Below are positions 49,862 through 62,283 of a DNA stretch of 64,000 nt, one piece after another. Below the pieces are notes generated by a model. It made no database searches and was not told the DNA's origin. It saw nothing but the letters and a program-made list of their open reading frames with translations. Both the position numbers and the translations under genes were made by a program. Location of the stretch: the NCBI GenBank assembly GCA_951804945.1, contig OX638151.1, positions 87,358,001 to 87,422,000 on the forward strand. The letters run 5' to 3'. The DNA comes from Podarcis cretensis (lineage: Eukaryota). The stretch's first letter is position 1, and every line of letters starts with the position of its first letter.

Positions 49862-49924
49862 CTGGTGGTATGTAGGCACTCTGCACTTCTTCCTCGTTTT
49901 GCCCTGGGCAGCATTAGAAGCTCA
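49862..49924 (-). CDS. RIMS1: RIMS1 cassette exon (S-ELLMLPRAKRGRSAECLHTT), 63 nt, phase 2->2
   Basis: Acceptor gtgcag|T, donor AG|gtaaat. Peptide matches the recalled human sequence. Confidence 0.94.
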
Positions 49925-50963
49925 CTGCACAGACAGGATGGATGATGAATGAAACAGATATAAATATGAAGCATTAAATGGCATGAATTATGCCATGGTA
50001 TGCAAATGAAAACATAAAATAAACCAGAAAGCTTGAACTGAGATAGTTACCTCAACAGAAGTTAAAGACATATTAGCACACTCCATATATATATATTTGA
50101 CTGACTGGGCCAGTATTCTAAAATAAAGGCTACAATCCTTTAGTTTGGCTGATTAACATGTATTCACTGCAACAGATTTTAAAGCAGTTTAACTCTGCAG
50201 TCTTTAAATATCTGGAACGTTTCTTAATTCACAGCTGACCAGCTTCCCTGTTATTCTGCATTTCTAAATACAAGCAACTAAAATAAACTGTTCATGAACG
50301 TAAGGCAATATGCTTATAGTAAGGAAATATTGAAGAAAACGAGTTTTATCTTCCAAATCAAAAAACTGTGGACGTTCAAGCCATTGCATCACTGCAAGCT
50401 TCCTCTAATCTATTCATAGGCGTCGTGATGCCTTTGCACATTTGTTTTTAAAACGCAAATACTTATTATCATTATTGTTGTTATTATTATTTTGTCACCA
50501 CACATCCTGAATATGTCCTCAATGTACATTATAGCATTCTAACTCAGACCTGTTGCTCTCCACTGTAAGGAGCTATACATTACAGGCAATAGTGAAATAA
50601 CTGCAAAGAGAAAGGCGCAGCATGAAGCACGAGTTTTAACAAGACGTGTACATGCTGTGGGACCACTAGGACAGGAACTTCAGGCAGAAGTCAACAGCGC
50701 CACTCAGGAGAGAGACCAGGAGGACCCCCAAATGAAGCAAGGTTGACATGTCATGTTTTGAAGTGATGAGGGGGAGGTCTGTAAGACCATTAAGTCGATT
50801 AAGTAAAACTAATGAACCATATCACTGTGTACTTGCATTCTGCCCAAACACAAATCACTGAGATAAATTTCCAAGGTTCACCAGAGTAAAGTATATTTGC
50901 TGCTCAGGAAGATGTACCATTTCAAAAGAACCAAATAGTCATATGAAATACTATGGTTTAAAC

Positions 50964-51110
50964 CAGTGCTTTTTTCCCCTTTAAAAAATGTTTAGTGGTA
51001 CTCTCATTTTCCTACTCATATTGAAATACTACCCCTCAAGGAGGCCAAACTTAGATTCACAAAATGTTTAGGGGTATGCGACTCCTGCGCCCCCCAGAAA
51101 AAAAGCCCTG
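50964..51110. mobile_element. hAT-type MITE
   Basis: TIRs CAGTGCTTTTTT / AAAAAAGCCCTG. Perfect 8-bp TSD GTTTAAAC at 50956-63 and 51111-18. Confidence 0.87.
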
Positions 51111-52996
51111 GTTTAAACATTATCCAAACTGGTCAATGTGTGAGCCATGTGTTGTCCTATTGTCACAATAGCATACATTTCATTGGGGATTGATCAGTAA
51201 CGTCATAAGAAATAATCCTGTATAAAAAAGCCTTAACTATCTGGTGGAATGTTGCCTAACAGAGTCCTACTAACATTATAGGATTCTGGTGCAACATGCC
51301 ACACACAAAAGAGGCCTAACATCCCACATGCAAAACCATAATTCAACAGGGCAGGTTAAAGAATAATGGAATACTTTGTAAACTAATGAACCATTGAATT
51401 CAATGGTACTAACTCAAGAAAGCTTCTTAAAAATTAGAGATTATTCACCAGTGTTATTAATTTGCTTCACCCATGAATGTGAAGATGTCAGGGGCTCACA
51501 CTTCCTCAAGATTCCTTTGAAGAATCTTATGCTACCAGTAGGACTTTGGTCTGAGTGACTTAAAAAAAAAAAAAAAAGCTGCAGCAGCATTTGTCATCTC
51601 ACCCAGGAGGCAGGAGAGGTGAATGAGAAAGCACTGTCTCCAGTTTAGAAGGGAAAGTTAGGACTGTATGTGGATATCATGGTACTATCTATTTTCATAG
51701 GAAACATGAAAGGAAGAGTGAGATAGTGAGGGAACAACTGTGAATGTGAGAGTAGGAAGCTGAGGTGTGTTTGAAGTGTCTGGTAGTCTTTATGACGGAC
51801 TGAGCCTCCGAGTCCTGCCTGATTAACGACAAATGTGCCAGCATATACCACACTATGTCCACAGAATTATAACTCTGGACCACCCTAACATACAAATAAG
51901 AGAGGGTGGAGAGAATAGAAAACATTCTGCAGAATTACCAGCAATAAAGGAGAAGCAAGCTATACTGAAGAAGAACCAAGATCCAAATTTGGATGAGTGG
52001 AAACAGAATGAAAGAATTTGTCTAATTTCAGTGATAGCCAAGGGTTAAATTCTAACTCAAGACGAATGTTGGCCCCCACGAATGATACGAGGCACCCAAC
52101 ACATTGTGTTGAATTCCTCGCAAGTCAACATTCAGCCCTCTGTTCCCGCTTCTAAACTGGATCATTCTGAGGTCTACTATAGCCAGGGTGTGGGTCTGTG
52201 TCCATGTAATCTTTTGATAAAAATAAAGTTAAAAAAACCTGCAAGATAATTTTCAAAATACTTATTTGTTAACACAAGTGAAAAGTTAAATTCTGGCAAT
52301 CTAGCACAAGTAAATGGGTAGATACTGCCCTTGCTTTAAAATAACTAGGTAAGCGAGGCATCTTCTCCATCCCAAATTCCACCACGGGTGGGAGACAATT
52401 AACACAGCTATCTATATCCTCAAAGTTGACAGCTTCTAGTTCTGAATGGTCAGAGCAGAATGTATAGCTATGCTATGCTCTGTATCACTGAAGAATGAAA
52501 TGAATAATTGGGACATACAGTACACTATTTGACTAGTAGATATGGTTGGCATAGGAAGGCCCAGAACCTCAAATAGATGCAACTTATTGCATTACAGAAA
52601 AGTGTGATCTTTCTATATCTGCAATAACATCTTTGTCCTCACGGAATTAAAATGGTTCAACTGTATTAACCACCCTAGTCCATGGTAATGTTTGCAACAG
52701 AATCAAAATTTACTTTTGCAAGTGCAAAGTCACAAGAACAAAGCTCTTACTAAATGAAGCAAGATTCCAGTTTTGTCTTTTTTTTTAAAATGCTACTCAC
52801 CATATTTGCACTGTGAACATAAAATCAATTATTTTTAATGAGACTCCACTACTGATTAGAATAATGCTTCGCTTCTTATTTGATTACTGTCAGACTATTT
52901 CCCACCTCGTAGTCCAGACCATATAAAGCTCATAGTTCTAGACAGTATAAAGCACATTTCAACACCAGCAAAAATATGTATTTTAAAATGCATATA

Positions 52997-52998
<2 letters not shown>

Positions 52999-53049
<51 letters not shown>
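52999..53049. repeat. (TA)n microsatellite just downstream of exon 53086-53211
   Basis: Read directly. Confidence 0.9.
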
Positions 53050-53051
<2 letters not shown>

Positions 53052-53085
53052 CTACAGATTCACACTCTTAAAGTGGCAAACATAC

Positions 53086-53211
53086 CTTTCTTGATCTGAC
53101 AAATACTGACTATCCATATCTCTGGACCTGCGGTCAACTGGGCTTCGGGAGGCATCATGGTGTCTAGTTGGAGAACGTGATCTTCTCATTTGATGAATTT
53201 CATCTAAACTC
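53086..53211 (-). CDS. RIMS1: RIMS1 exon (SLDEIHQMRRSRSPTRHHDASRSPVDRRSRDMDSQYLSDQE), 126 nt, phase 2->2
   Basis: Inside ORF 53052..53249. Acceptor tttccag|G, donor AG|gtatgt. Confidence 0.95.
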
Positions 53212-55531
53212 CTGGAAATGTTCATAGAAGCACACATGTGTTTGACCATGTTTTTTTTCTTATCACGGTTTAATCAAGGTTTCCCAGACATTTAACAGTA
53301 CTGTAATGGTCAAGGCTGATGAATTGGAAGCAAGTCCTCCCCACCCCAACACCAATGGAGGAATACCCAGAAAGTGATGCAAAAAATCCACATGGCCAGA
53401 AAGAACTGTGAGAGGGAAATTATAGCTCTGCCTGCTTTTGAGGATAGAAAGAACCATGAGCAGGAAATTATATCCCTTTCTGGTTATCAATTTTTATTAT
53501 CTACTGTGTTCTATGCCGTTAAGAAAATAACTGAGCTGCTGTTTCTGGACAGCCTAATCATCTGTATCAAGAAACTATAAATCCCTTTCAGTTACTATAC
53601 CAAAAGAACTATACAAAGCCTCATTTTATGCTATGGTTAGCCTTATTTTGCCAGGTATTACAGGCAATAACAATGTATTTGTTCCTGTTCCTGTGAGAAC
53701 CAGCCCGTTAGAATACATTTATTTCCTTTTTATTCTGTGCTTCCCCCCAAGAGTTGAGGAGGTATTTATTCTTCCTGCCCCACTACGTTGCCCAGTTTAC
53801 TTCCCACAATCCTGTGGCACAGGTTAGGCTGACAGACAGGGAATGATGCAAGGCCATCCGAAGAGCTTTGACAGCTAAGAGGGAATTCTCAGTCTAAGTC
53901 CAACACACTATCCACTACACCAATCTGGCCTCCGTGGATGCATGCATAAAAACATCAACACCCATACACCATGTGCATGGTGGCTGGTGTATGCCCTTGC
54001 TTTTCATAGTGACACAGACTATCTGTCTGCAATGTTTGTGACTTATGAGTAAACAAGGTGGGAGACAAGGAGGAGAAAGGATGGAAGTTGTGACAACTGA
54101 CTTCTTAAAGATGTTTTTAGGAAAGGTGAGAGGGGAAGATTTAAGCCTATATCTTGCAAATACTAAGCTGTCACTTAAGAGTAATTAGTAGTAATTAACA
54201 GTTAATATTAATACAAAGCATAGTGAGCTGTACAAAACAACCCCTTGTGTAGTCGTTTCTTTGATTTGGGCAATACAGGATTGCTTCATGGTGGTGAGCT
54301 ATCTGGAGAAACTTGTCGTGTTTGGAAACCTAGTATTAGGTACGCTACAACACAAATCCAGCTAAATGTGATGGTTTTTTTGGATTTTCTTTTAGTTGCT
54401 AGAAGACTATAGATGCCAACATTGATTTATATTCTAAAAAAAGAAAGTAGTCTACAATACTAAATAGCTTTTGCCCCAAAAGAAACTGATAGACAGCAGA
54501 ACTTTCTGATAATTTTTTAATCTGATTTATAATCTATTGTTGTCCAGTCTATCAGTTTCTCTCCTTAGCTCCTCAATATGCTGGTAAATATCAGAGTCCA
54601 GTTCTCTTCTGTCACCCACACCCTTTTCCTTTAAGTATTTGTCTTCCATAATATCCAACTTCACTGGAATTTTGCTAAGTTATTTCCTACTTCCTTTTGT
54701 TGTGACATGATCTCTCCCTCCTCTTCTGTACAAGGGATAGTCAACATTGTGTCTTTCAAATGTTGTTGGACTATAACTTCCATAATCCCTGACCAATGGC
54801 CATGCCAACTATAGCTTATAAGAGTTATAGTCCAACATCTAGAGGGCACCCTTTGGCTCCCTCTACCATCTGTCAAACTATTCCCTCTTATTTTCACCAG
54901 GGTATGAAAACATACCTAAACATCTCCCCTCCTCCGCAGCTCACTTCTTTCCATTCTTCCTTATCCATTTTCTTTTCAAAACTACAAGGCAGTGCACAGG
55001 GTCTTCTTTGTCTGGCTACCCTAGAGATCTCCTTTGTTCCATGAAAATGGGGGGAAATGTCATTGGTAGCTTAAAGTGAAATGCCCATTTATCTCTTAAT
55101 AGAATCATCTTTTTAGACTGAAGAGCTGCTTTTCTTTCGGTTATGCTTTCACATTCTCCACAAACTCACTAAGGAAAATTCAACATTTAGTATTTCCTTA
55201 AGACAGGTGCACAATTAAGCAAGGAGCCTCTGCATGGCAGACACATGGCTCATCCTAGAGGCAGTTGTCATAGTGTGGAAGTGACCATGCAGGGGTTTCA
55301 TGTGCAGCTGCCCAAGGAAAACATCACCTTCACATTTCTTTAATCACAATGGAGACAATCCAGCCAAAGTTAAGCCCTTTTCAAAGTTATCTCGATTTGA
55401 GCAGGAGAGTCTTAAGCACACATGTTAACAACTCTCCCAACTATAATAAATGGAACTAAAAAGAGCTCGGCTTTGGCTGAAGTCTGCCCAATGTGTGTTG
55501 ATGATGAAAGCAGCTATATTTTGAAGCCTAC

Positions 55532-55688
55532 CTCTGTAATGGCACATTTGGTAAACGAGAACGGGTCCTGCCCTGATCGTCACCACGGTGAGGAGATACA
55601 GATCGTGAACGATGATGGGTTGTTCTTTGCTGTTCTGGCACAGTTAACGTTGTAGATTTACTTTCTCTAGTGCTAGACCTATAGCCTA
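55532..55688 (-). CDS. RIMS1: RIMS1 exon (V-GYRSSTRESKSTTLTVPEQQRTTHHRSRSVSPHRGDDQGRTRSRLPNVPLQ-R), 157 nt, phase 1->2, NAGNAG acceptor
   Basis: Hand translation. Acceptor ctaccag|TAG, donor AG|gtaggc. Matches the recalled RIMS1 linker. Confidence 0.95.
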
Positions 55689-57477
55689 CTGGTAGAAGTG
55701 CAACAAAATGAAGTTAGTTCAGGTCAGAAATGGCAAGTGTTCATATCTGGACTAGTCTTTTCAGGAAAACATCTCTTTATTGATTACAAGATTTTCAGAG
55801 TTGTGCAACTTGTGAAAATCCTGAAATGTCATGCAATCAGGGCTAACAATTAGCATTATATTTAAATGTAATGCGAATATGGGGGGAAAGGTACAGACAT
55901 ACATACAGGAGAATTTACGTGCAAGACTGCAAAATTCCCAAAGGTGAGAAAGTGAATAGGAGCAGAAATAATACCTACAGGGTTAGGTATTATTTGCCAC
56001 AAGCGTCACTTTTTCAGCTCTTCAGTCTTTTTAAATGAAATCTATGCATCTGTGGCTGCAATACTGAAACAAACTGATTTATTCAATTCATCCAGTCTGT
56101 GGAATTGTTTATGAGTAAATTGCTTTAGAATTGAAGCCTCTGTTTCAGTTTCATTTAAATTATCTGCTGACATGAGTATGGTACACAAGTCATTTGACCC
56201 AACGTTGCTTCATATAAAATGATCCACAGAACTTGCTTTACATTCAAGGAAACATAAAGATGTCACTACTAATTATTGTTAGCCAGAGGCCAAACACCAC
56301 AGAACAAAGCTGGATAGGCAAAAAGAACCAAGTCTAAGAGAAAGGTACCCATATGCCATCAAGTTAAAATACTGTTTTATTAGCTAAGAGCCGAAGGCAA
56401 ACACAGATTATACTTTCCATTTAGGTAGTAAAACCCACCCATAGGTTAATATTGGAAGTAACATTTTGTCTTCCTGTAGTGGGGTGGGGGAGTGGGGGAC
56501 ACACGCCGCTGAACTGCACAGAAAACCCTCTTCTTCCAGAAGATGAAAAAGCCCCCATTCAATAGTCAAACTTCCCCAAGAGAAAAAAGGCCAGTTATTT
56601 TAAATCAGGGATTAGCAATGTGGCGCCCTCCAGACATTATTTAACTATGACTCCCATCAGCCCCCCAGATCTTGACCAAAAGGCAGTGATGATGGGTGTT
56701 AGAGGTTAGCAGTATCTGCCCCCCCCACATGGATTACCCCTGTATTAAATGAAGTCCCTCAGATCAAGTTGATAGCATGACAAGAAAGCAGCAGCTCAAG
56801 CTCTTTAAATTAGCTCCCTTTAGTTAGAAGAAAAGCTACATGAAGGATCCGTAGGGGACTTCGGATTTGAGGCTGGAAACAAGGGAGATTACAGGGAACC
56901 ATTCTGAAGATGTATACATCCAAAGCATATGGCATGCATCTCTCTTGTAATTTTTGTGTGACAGCTATGTGGAATGGAAGATGCAGTGTGTTGTGTGTAG
57001 AAAACTTGCTGAGAATGAACAGGACGGGAGGGGCACCCTCCCACAGTTTCAATTACTCTGGCGTTAATTGAACCGCATTCTTATCTTGGAGAAAACCAGG
57101 GATTCACACACATACATAGAAAACCCAAGTACAGAAAAAGGAAACTGTATGTTTCTTTCATTAAAAGTCACTATTAAACTCCCTAGGGGCATTGGTGCTC
57201 AGTTGGTCAGTAAAATATAAAACAACATCCAAATTTTTCAGGTCCCGCTGTTGAAGCTAATGGGGTAATTTATGCAGTTGTGCTCAAATACTGTTCCAGA
57301 AAAATTGTCAAAAATGGCCTAAGTTACTATTTTTGTCATCCTTCTTGAATCTCTAGTTAAAGAGAACTTCACTGCCATCTTTAATGTGATTAGCAACTCT
57401 TGTAAGTAATATTAAAATGAGTTTGTAGACATAGGCAAACTACATCATACTAGACGTGTCATGTTCAAAGAAGTATA

Positions 57478-57527
<50 letters not shown>
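57478..57527. repeat. Compound (GT)(TA)(CA) microsatellite
   Basis: Read directly. Confidence 0.9.
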
Positions 57528-57528
<1 letters not shown>

Positions 57529-58377
57529 TAGTCAAGATTAAATTGGCCACGATACTAGACAACCATAGTAAAATAGTAAAGATGGAAGGCTTTTGAAAAT
57601 TAGTACTGCAGCTAATCACAAAAATATTTTAACAATTCAAGCTGCTTTTCTTGTTCAGGCAGGTGATTGGCAGCAGAAGAAATATTCTCAGAACCTGCAG
57701 CAATGTTGAGCAATTTTTATCTTTGTCTCTGTGTAACAACTGAGAGTCTCCCTCTATGCACACATTTTGGATAATGATAACTTGTGAGTGCTTATGAGAA
57801 TTATAAAAGATATAGCCATGCTTCATGCACTTAATATACAGTCATGCATTTTCAATAGATTCCATGGTGAACCTGTCTAAGATATAAGCAAGAGCAAATG
57901 CATCAAATGGACAATATGTTTCAGTTAGACATTTTAATTACATTTTTTTTTTGCATTTTTTCCTATGCACAGAAAAATAGCTTTGAAAAGCAGCCTCTAC
58001 CCTTGGAATATCCACAATTTTATTAGCTGTATAAACAGAAATATCAAGATTGCCATGCCACTGTTGCTGTTGCTTTTTATTATTGTTTGTCCGATTGATT
58101 TTTGTTAGATTTTATTGTGCTTTAAACTGCTGTAAGGAACCCTGTGCAGTAGAAAGGCAGGATATAAACATTTCTTATGAATGCATAATACATAAATGTA
58201 ATTAATACACAACACAGATTTTTTAAAAAGGTTCACCATGGAATAAAGAATCAAACTACTTTCTAGAAAACATAATCTTCCAATTCATCATCTTTGAAAA
58301 CTCTAGAAAACCAAACTGAAAGGGGGAAGGGAAAAGTAAAAGCAAAGGATGTAGGACCATGCTCTTCACCCACGCAC

Positions 58378-58449
58378 CTGAAGGAACTACTCCAATACCA
58401 TCATCAACATCATAATCTGAGATGTCACTATCACTGATTCGCTGAGATC
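58378..58449 (-). CDS. RIMS1: RIMS1 exon (R-SQRISDSDISDYDVDDGIGVVPS), 72 nt, phase 1->1
   Basis: Inside ORF 58256..58468. Acceptor gcacag|GA, donor G|gtgcgt. Confidence 0.95.
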
Positions 58450-58914
58450 CTGTGCAACAGTAAGGCAAATAGATACCTGTATACTTGGTTCTTTTGTAAA
58501 GGGCAGAAATAAGTTTAAGTAAAGATTCTTGTCATTATGGAGAGTCAAATATGGGATGCATTCATATTTAAAAACAAGATTATATATATATATTTTAAAA
58601 AACTATTGTAAAATGGCTCAGAAAGGAGACATAGTACCTGGGTAATGGCACCAGTCCCAAGTATACTTACTGCAAGTTCTGTTGAAATAAAAAAAATTGT
58701 GCCAGCCTGGATGAGTAGGCTGACATTATCTACAGCAGTGCAAACAGTAACTTGCATAGCTGTGGAAAAGTGAAATTAAATGCCTGCCATGAGGGGCAGA
58801 ACTTGACTGCTCTGCCTCACATACCAGTGCAACATTGTCTTACTAAAATGATCCATAAGGTTGTGGGTTCATATTATCCAGCAACAGTCACCATATTGTG
58901 TCAGAGGCTGTTAA

Positions 58915-59060
58915 TAATGTAAAGAACAGCATGCTGGATCAGGCCCATCTAGTCGAGCATCCCTTTCTCACAGTGGCCAATCAGATGCCTACAAGGAGCC
59001 TGCAAGCAGGAACCAATCACAAGAAGCACTCTGCTCTTGTAGTTTCCAGAAACTTGTATG
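58915..59060 (-). mobile_element. CR1-like 3' end fragment
   Basis: TGCTGGATCAGGCCCATCTAGTC...TTCTCACAGTGGCCAATCAGATGCC, similar to 33673-33751. Confidence 0.55.
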
Positions 59061-59719
59061 TAAGCCCGCCTTTCCCTGGCCCATGTGACTGGTAGGGGCC
59101 TCTCATAACCCATACCCAACCTAGCCTAAAGTTACATTCCATGCCTGAAATCCAGTGTTTCTAGCTGCTAAAGAACCATGTAGGGCTTGAAAGTTCAGCT
59201 TTACATGGACTTCTTTTCTTGGACTCTGTAGAGTTCCCCACTCCCATTAAATGTACACATTTTCTGGGCTAGAGAACAGTCATGGTCCTGAAAGTTGTTT
59301 AAAAGTCAAAGGAACTTGGACCTTTCGTTGGACTTTGAAACTTAGTACAGAGTTTCAAATACATTGCCGCAAATGCAGTAGCCAGAGCTATACATTGAAT
59401 ATTAGTGCCAACAGCCAAGAATCAAATGTCATAATCTTCCAGTGACATTTACAGGACCCCACTTGCTGAATACAGTGAAATTGCTTTAGAAATAAATTGG
59501 ACTGAAGATGACAGCCACATTGTGTTAGCAACAACGAAGTTGGCATAAGCTAAGTGAATTAATATGGAAACAGTAAAGGTCACTGAGGGAGTGTATGCTG
59601 CTCAGCGCTGTTGCTTATCAATGCTTGGATCCTAAGGTAAGATAACTTTTGCTGGGGGTGGGGAGTTTCTTCCCCTCACTGTGTAGCCACCTGTGAACAT
59701 CCAAAAAGACACTCCAGAG

Positions 59720-59855
59720 AAGCCCTTTTCTGCCTTGTGTCTCCAGGGGTTGTTGGACTACAACTCCCATCATCCCTAGCTAACAGAACCAGTGGTCAGG
59801 GATGATGGGAGTTGTAGTCCAACAACATCTGGAGACACAAGGTTGAAAAAGGCTG
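59720..59855. mobile_element. Palindromic hAT (Charlie-like) MITE; decayed relatives near 7690, 10240, 12280, 41165, 54735 and 56610
   Basis: Perfect core arms GTTGTTGGACTACAACTCCCATCATCCCT / AGGGATGATGGGAGTTGTAGTCCAACAAC. TSD CTCCAGAG / CTCTAGAG. Confidence 0.82.
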
Positions 59856-60519
59856 CTCTAGAGGGTCTCCTCCAGCAGCTCCCTGTATACATCCCACATA
59901 GTTCAGGAGAGGCTTTTGGTAGGTCGCAAAACGGGATCAGTGAATCTGTCAATTGGTTTCTCTCAGTTTCTTGCTTTTTCATTCTTAAGCTAAGATAAGG
60001 ACTTGTGATCACGAGTCGGCGACCGTGTTTCAGTTGGACGCACTTAAAATGGTCATCGCCTGCAGATGCATTTTTGTACACGTTTCTTGGCTGGAGAACT
60101 TTACTGCAGAATTCAGAGAAGAGCAAATTTCAAAGCACAGTGATGTTTCGGTTTGGATAGAATCACAGAATCATAGAATGGTAGAGTTTGAAGGCCAACC
60201 CCCTGCAACGCTGGAATCTTAGCTAAAGCATATTGTTTCAGAAAGTGGTAATAAACGTAGATTAGACTTTAAATGTGAACCGAACTCAATTTCTTCCCCA
60301 CCCCTAGATGCAGAGGGCTGCAGCGGTGAGAAAACCTTTCTTCTGTGAACGTCCTAAACTTATCTTAGGATCCAAGCTGAAATTTTCACACCCATTCTTA
60401 TTCAAGTAAAACTCTGGAACCTTTTAAAGAAGGCAGCTGCTTACATGTTCTAACACGTGTTAGTACACCTTTGTTATCATAACAAACTAGCCCAAAAGAA
60501 AAAGGAGTCGTGGACCTAC

Positions 60520-60676
60520 TTTGTAATTTTTTGCTAGAGCTTTCTCCACCATGGGCATGTCTCCTTGGCATGAAAGGTGATGGCTGAGGCAGAGGTAGTG
60601 AGGATTCATCATGTGTCTGCAGCGTATACCAATGTGGTTCATCATCTAAAAGTGCTGTCTCCAGCTCTATAAGGAT
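60520..60676 (-). CDS. RIMS1: RIMS1 exon, end of C2A (ILIELETALLDDEPHWYTLQTHDESSLPLPQPSPFMPRRHAHGGESSSKKLQ), 157 nt, phase 0->1
   Basis: Inside ORF 60398..60715. Acceptor ccacag|ATC, donor A|gtaggt. Upstream intron is 108 nt. Confidence 0.97.
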
Positions 60677-60784
60677 CTGTGGGGGAAGGGAGCAAGCTTC
60701 ATCAACAGAAAACAAAACACTCTGGAGATCCTGTCACATGTCTAAAACAGAACTAGTTTGCAGTGCCAACGTATGTGCATTCAC

Positions 60785-60956
60785 CTCCCCAAGAAAGTCA
60801 CTTTCTTCTTCTTGCACTCTGGGCTGATCCCAAACCGTGATCTCCAACATCCGTTCTCTAAAATCTCTACGGTGCACGTGGGAATAGAGAAAAGTTTGGT
60901 TCCATTTTGGTTCTAAGCTTTTCTTTACCGTTTTGGTCCTCCTCTTACTCTTATCA
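60785..60956 (-). CDS. RIMS1: RIMS1 exon, C2A part 2 (DKSKRRTKTVKKSLEPKWNQTFLYSHVHRRDFRERMLEITVWDQPRVQEEESDFLGE), 172 nt, phase 2->0
   Basis: Inside ORF 60734..60973. Acceptor tttcag|T, donor GAG|gtgaat. Confidence 0.97.
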
Positions 60957-61197
60957 CTGAAACAAACAAACAAAAAACAAAACGTTGTAAATCACAATGC
61001 AGGAAGCAAGGCCTATGACTCACCCCCTACTACTACCATACTTATTCTGCTGGGCTACCCCTGGTAGCTGCAAAGTGAGGTAAGGGAGCACTACTCAGCT
61101 GACTGGTGGCCTTGTTTCTCAGCCACAGAGCAGTGCTGCCAGGCCAAGAACACTCAGCAGTCAAAAGGGCTGAAAGGGGACATTCAGGTTGTCCAGA

Positions 61198-61395
61198 AAC
61201 TATAACATAGGAAGCTGCCTTAAACTGAGTCAGACCACTGTTCCGTCTACCTCAGCCTTGTATACATTGACTGGCAGCTTCTCTGCAGATCATCAGGCAG
61301 GGTTCTCCCCTAATCCTACCCGGAAATACCAAGGATTGGATCTGGGGCCTTCTGTAATCAAAGTAGATGCTGTACCACTGAGTTTCAGCCCCTAA
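61198..61395 (-). mobile_element. tRNA-derived SINE (Squam3-like)
   Basis: AACATAGGAAGCTGCCTT tail on + strand and CCACTGAG head remnant. Reverse complement of the 6513 family. Confidence 0.6.
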
Positions 61396-61559
61396 GTGAG
61401 TGGAAGGACTAAGGGGCAGGCAAATGAACCAAGCCATTATGAGAGTTATCCATCACCCCAAGTCCATTTAGTGAATGAATTATCAGTAACACAAGCCAGG
61501 GGTTGAGTGTTTGATACAAAAGTTGCACTCAAAATAAAAGACCAAGGATTGGACAAAAA

Positions 61560-61769
61560 NNNNNNNNNNNNNNNNNNNNNNNNNNNNNNNNNNNNNNNNN
61601 NNNNNNNNNNNNNNNNNNNNNNNNNNNNNNNNNNNNNNNNNNNNNNNNNNNNNNNNNNNNNNNNNNNNNNNNNNNNNNNNNNNNNNNNNNNNNNNNNNNN
61701 NNNNNNNNNNNNNNNNNNNNNNNNNNNNNNNNNNNNNNNNNNNNNNNNNNNNNNNNNNNNNNNNNNNNN
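61560..61769. other. Assembly gap (210 N) in a RIMS1 intron
   Basis: Run of N. Flanking exons 62153 and 60956 join in frame, so no constitutive exon is missing. Confidence 0.99.
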
Positions 61770-62152
61770 AAATGGAAAAATCAGCTCCACCCATAAGGTT
61801 GAAGAGGGGAAGCGGGGATAACATTGGAAGGGAAGATGTGGTGTGGTGAATATTCTTTTCTTGGGCCAGGATAACTTTCCATTGTGGAAATGGAAATCCC
61901 TTCCATCAAAAAGGATTCTAACTGCTCCCCCAATAAAATATACAGTTCACGGTATTAACCCTTATTCAAAGATGGCCCTTAGAACATGAGGAATCTCCAT
62001 GAGGAGACTGGAGTAAATTACCGGTACTCTAAATATAGAGCCATTCATAGATTGATTTTTCATGGCTATTTTAGAAAAGCATATAAACATATAGCAATAC
62101 AGTATATTCTTTCAAACTATTTTTTCAGCATGTTTTTAATTTAAAGAGCTAC

Positions 62153-62283
62153 CTTCTGTCCGGAAGGAAATACATTTTTACATAAGGATTTCTCGGGCGT
62201 CCATCTATTCTGGGTGGCAGGTCTGTTGCTTGAAGAACATTCACTATTAACTGATGCCCAACTTTATCATACCAAAGCTTTAC
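62153..62283 (-). CDS. RIMS1: RIMS1 exon, C2A domain part 1 (VKLWYDKVGHQLIVNVLQATDLPPRIDGRPRNPYVKMYFLPDR-S), 131 nt, phase 0->2
   Basis: Hand translation of the minus strand. Acceptor attttag|GTA, donor AG|gtagct. Near-identical to the recalled RIMS1 C2A N-terminus and joins the next exon in frame. Confidence 0.96.

Noticed and set aside
51603-51830. Exon-like stretch with a GG|gtgaga donor and the ORF RQDSEAQSVIKTTRHF
   Set aside because: No acceptor/donor pair gave an open, frame-preserving phase-2 exon.
61446-61824. Long ORFs spanning X residues
   Set aside because: Artefact of the 210-N gap.
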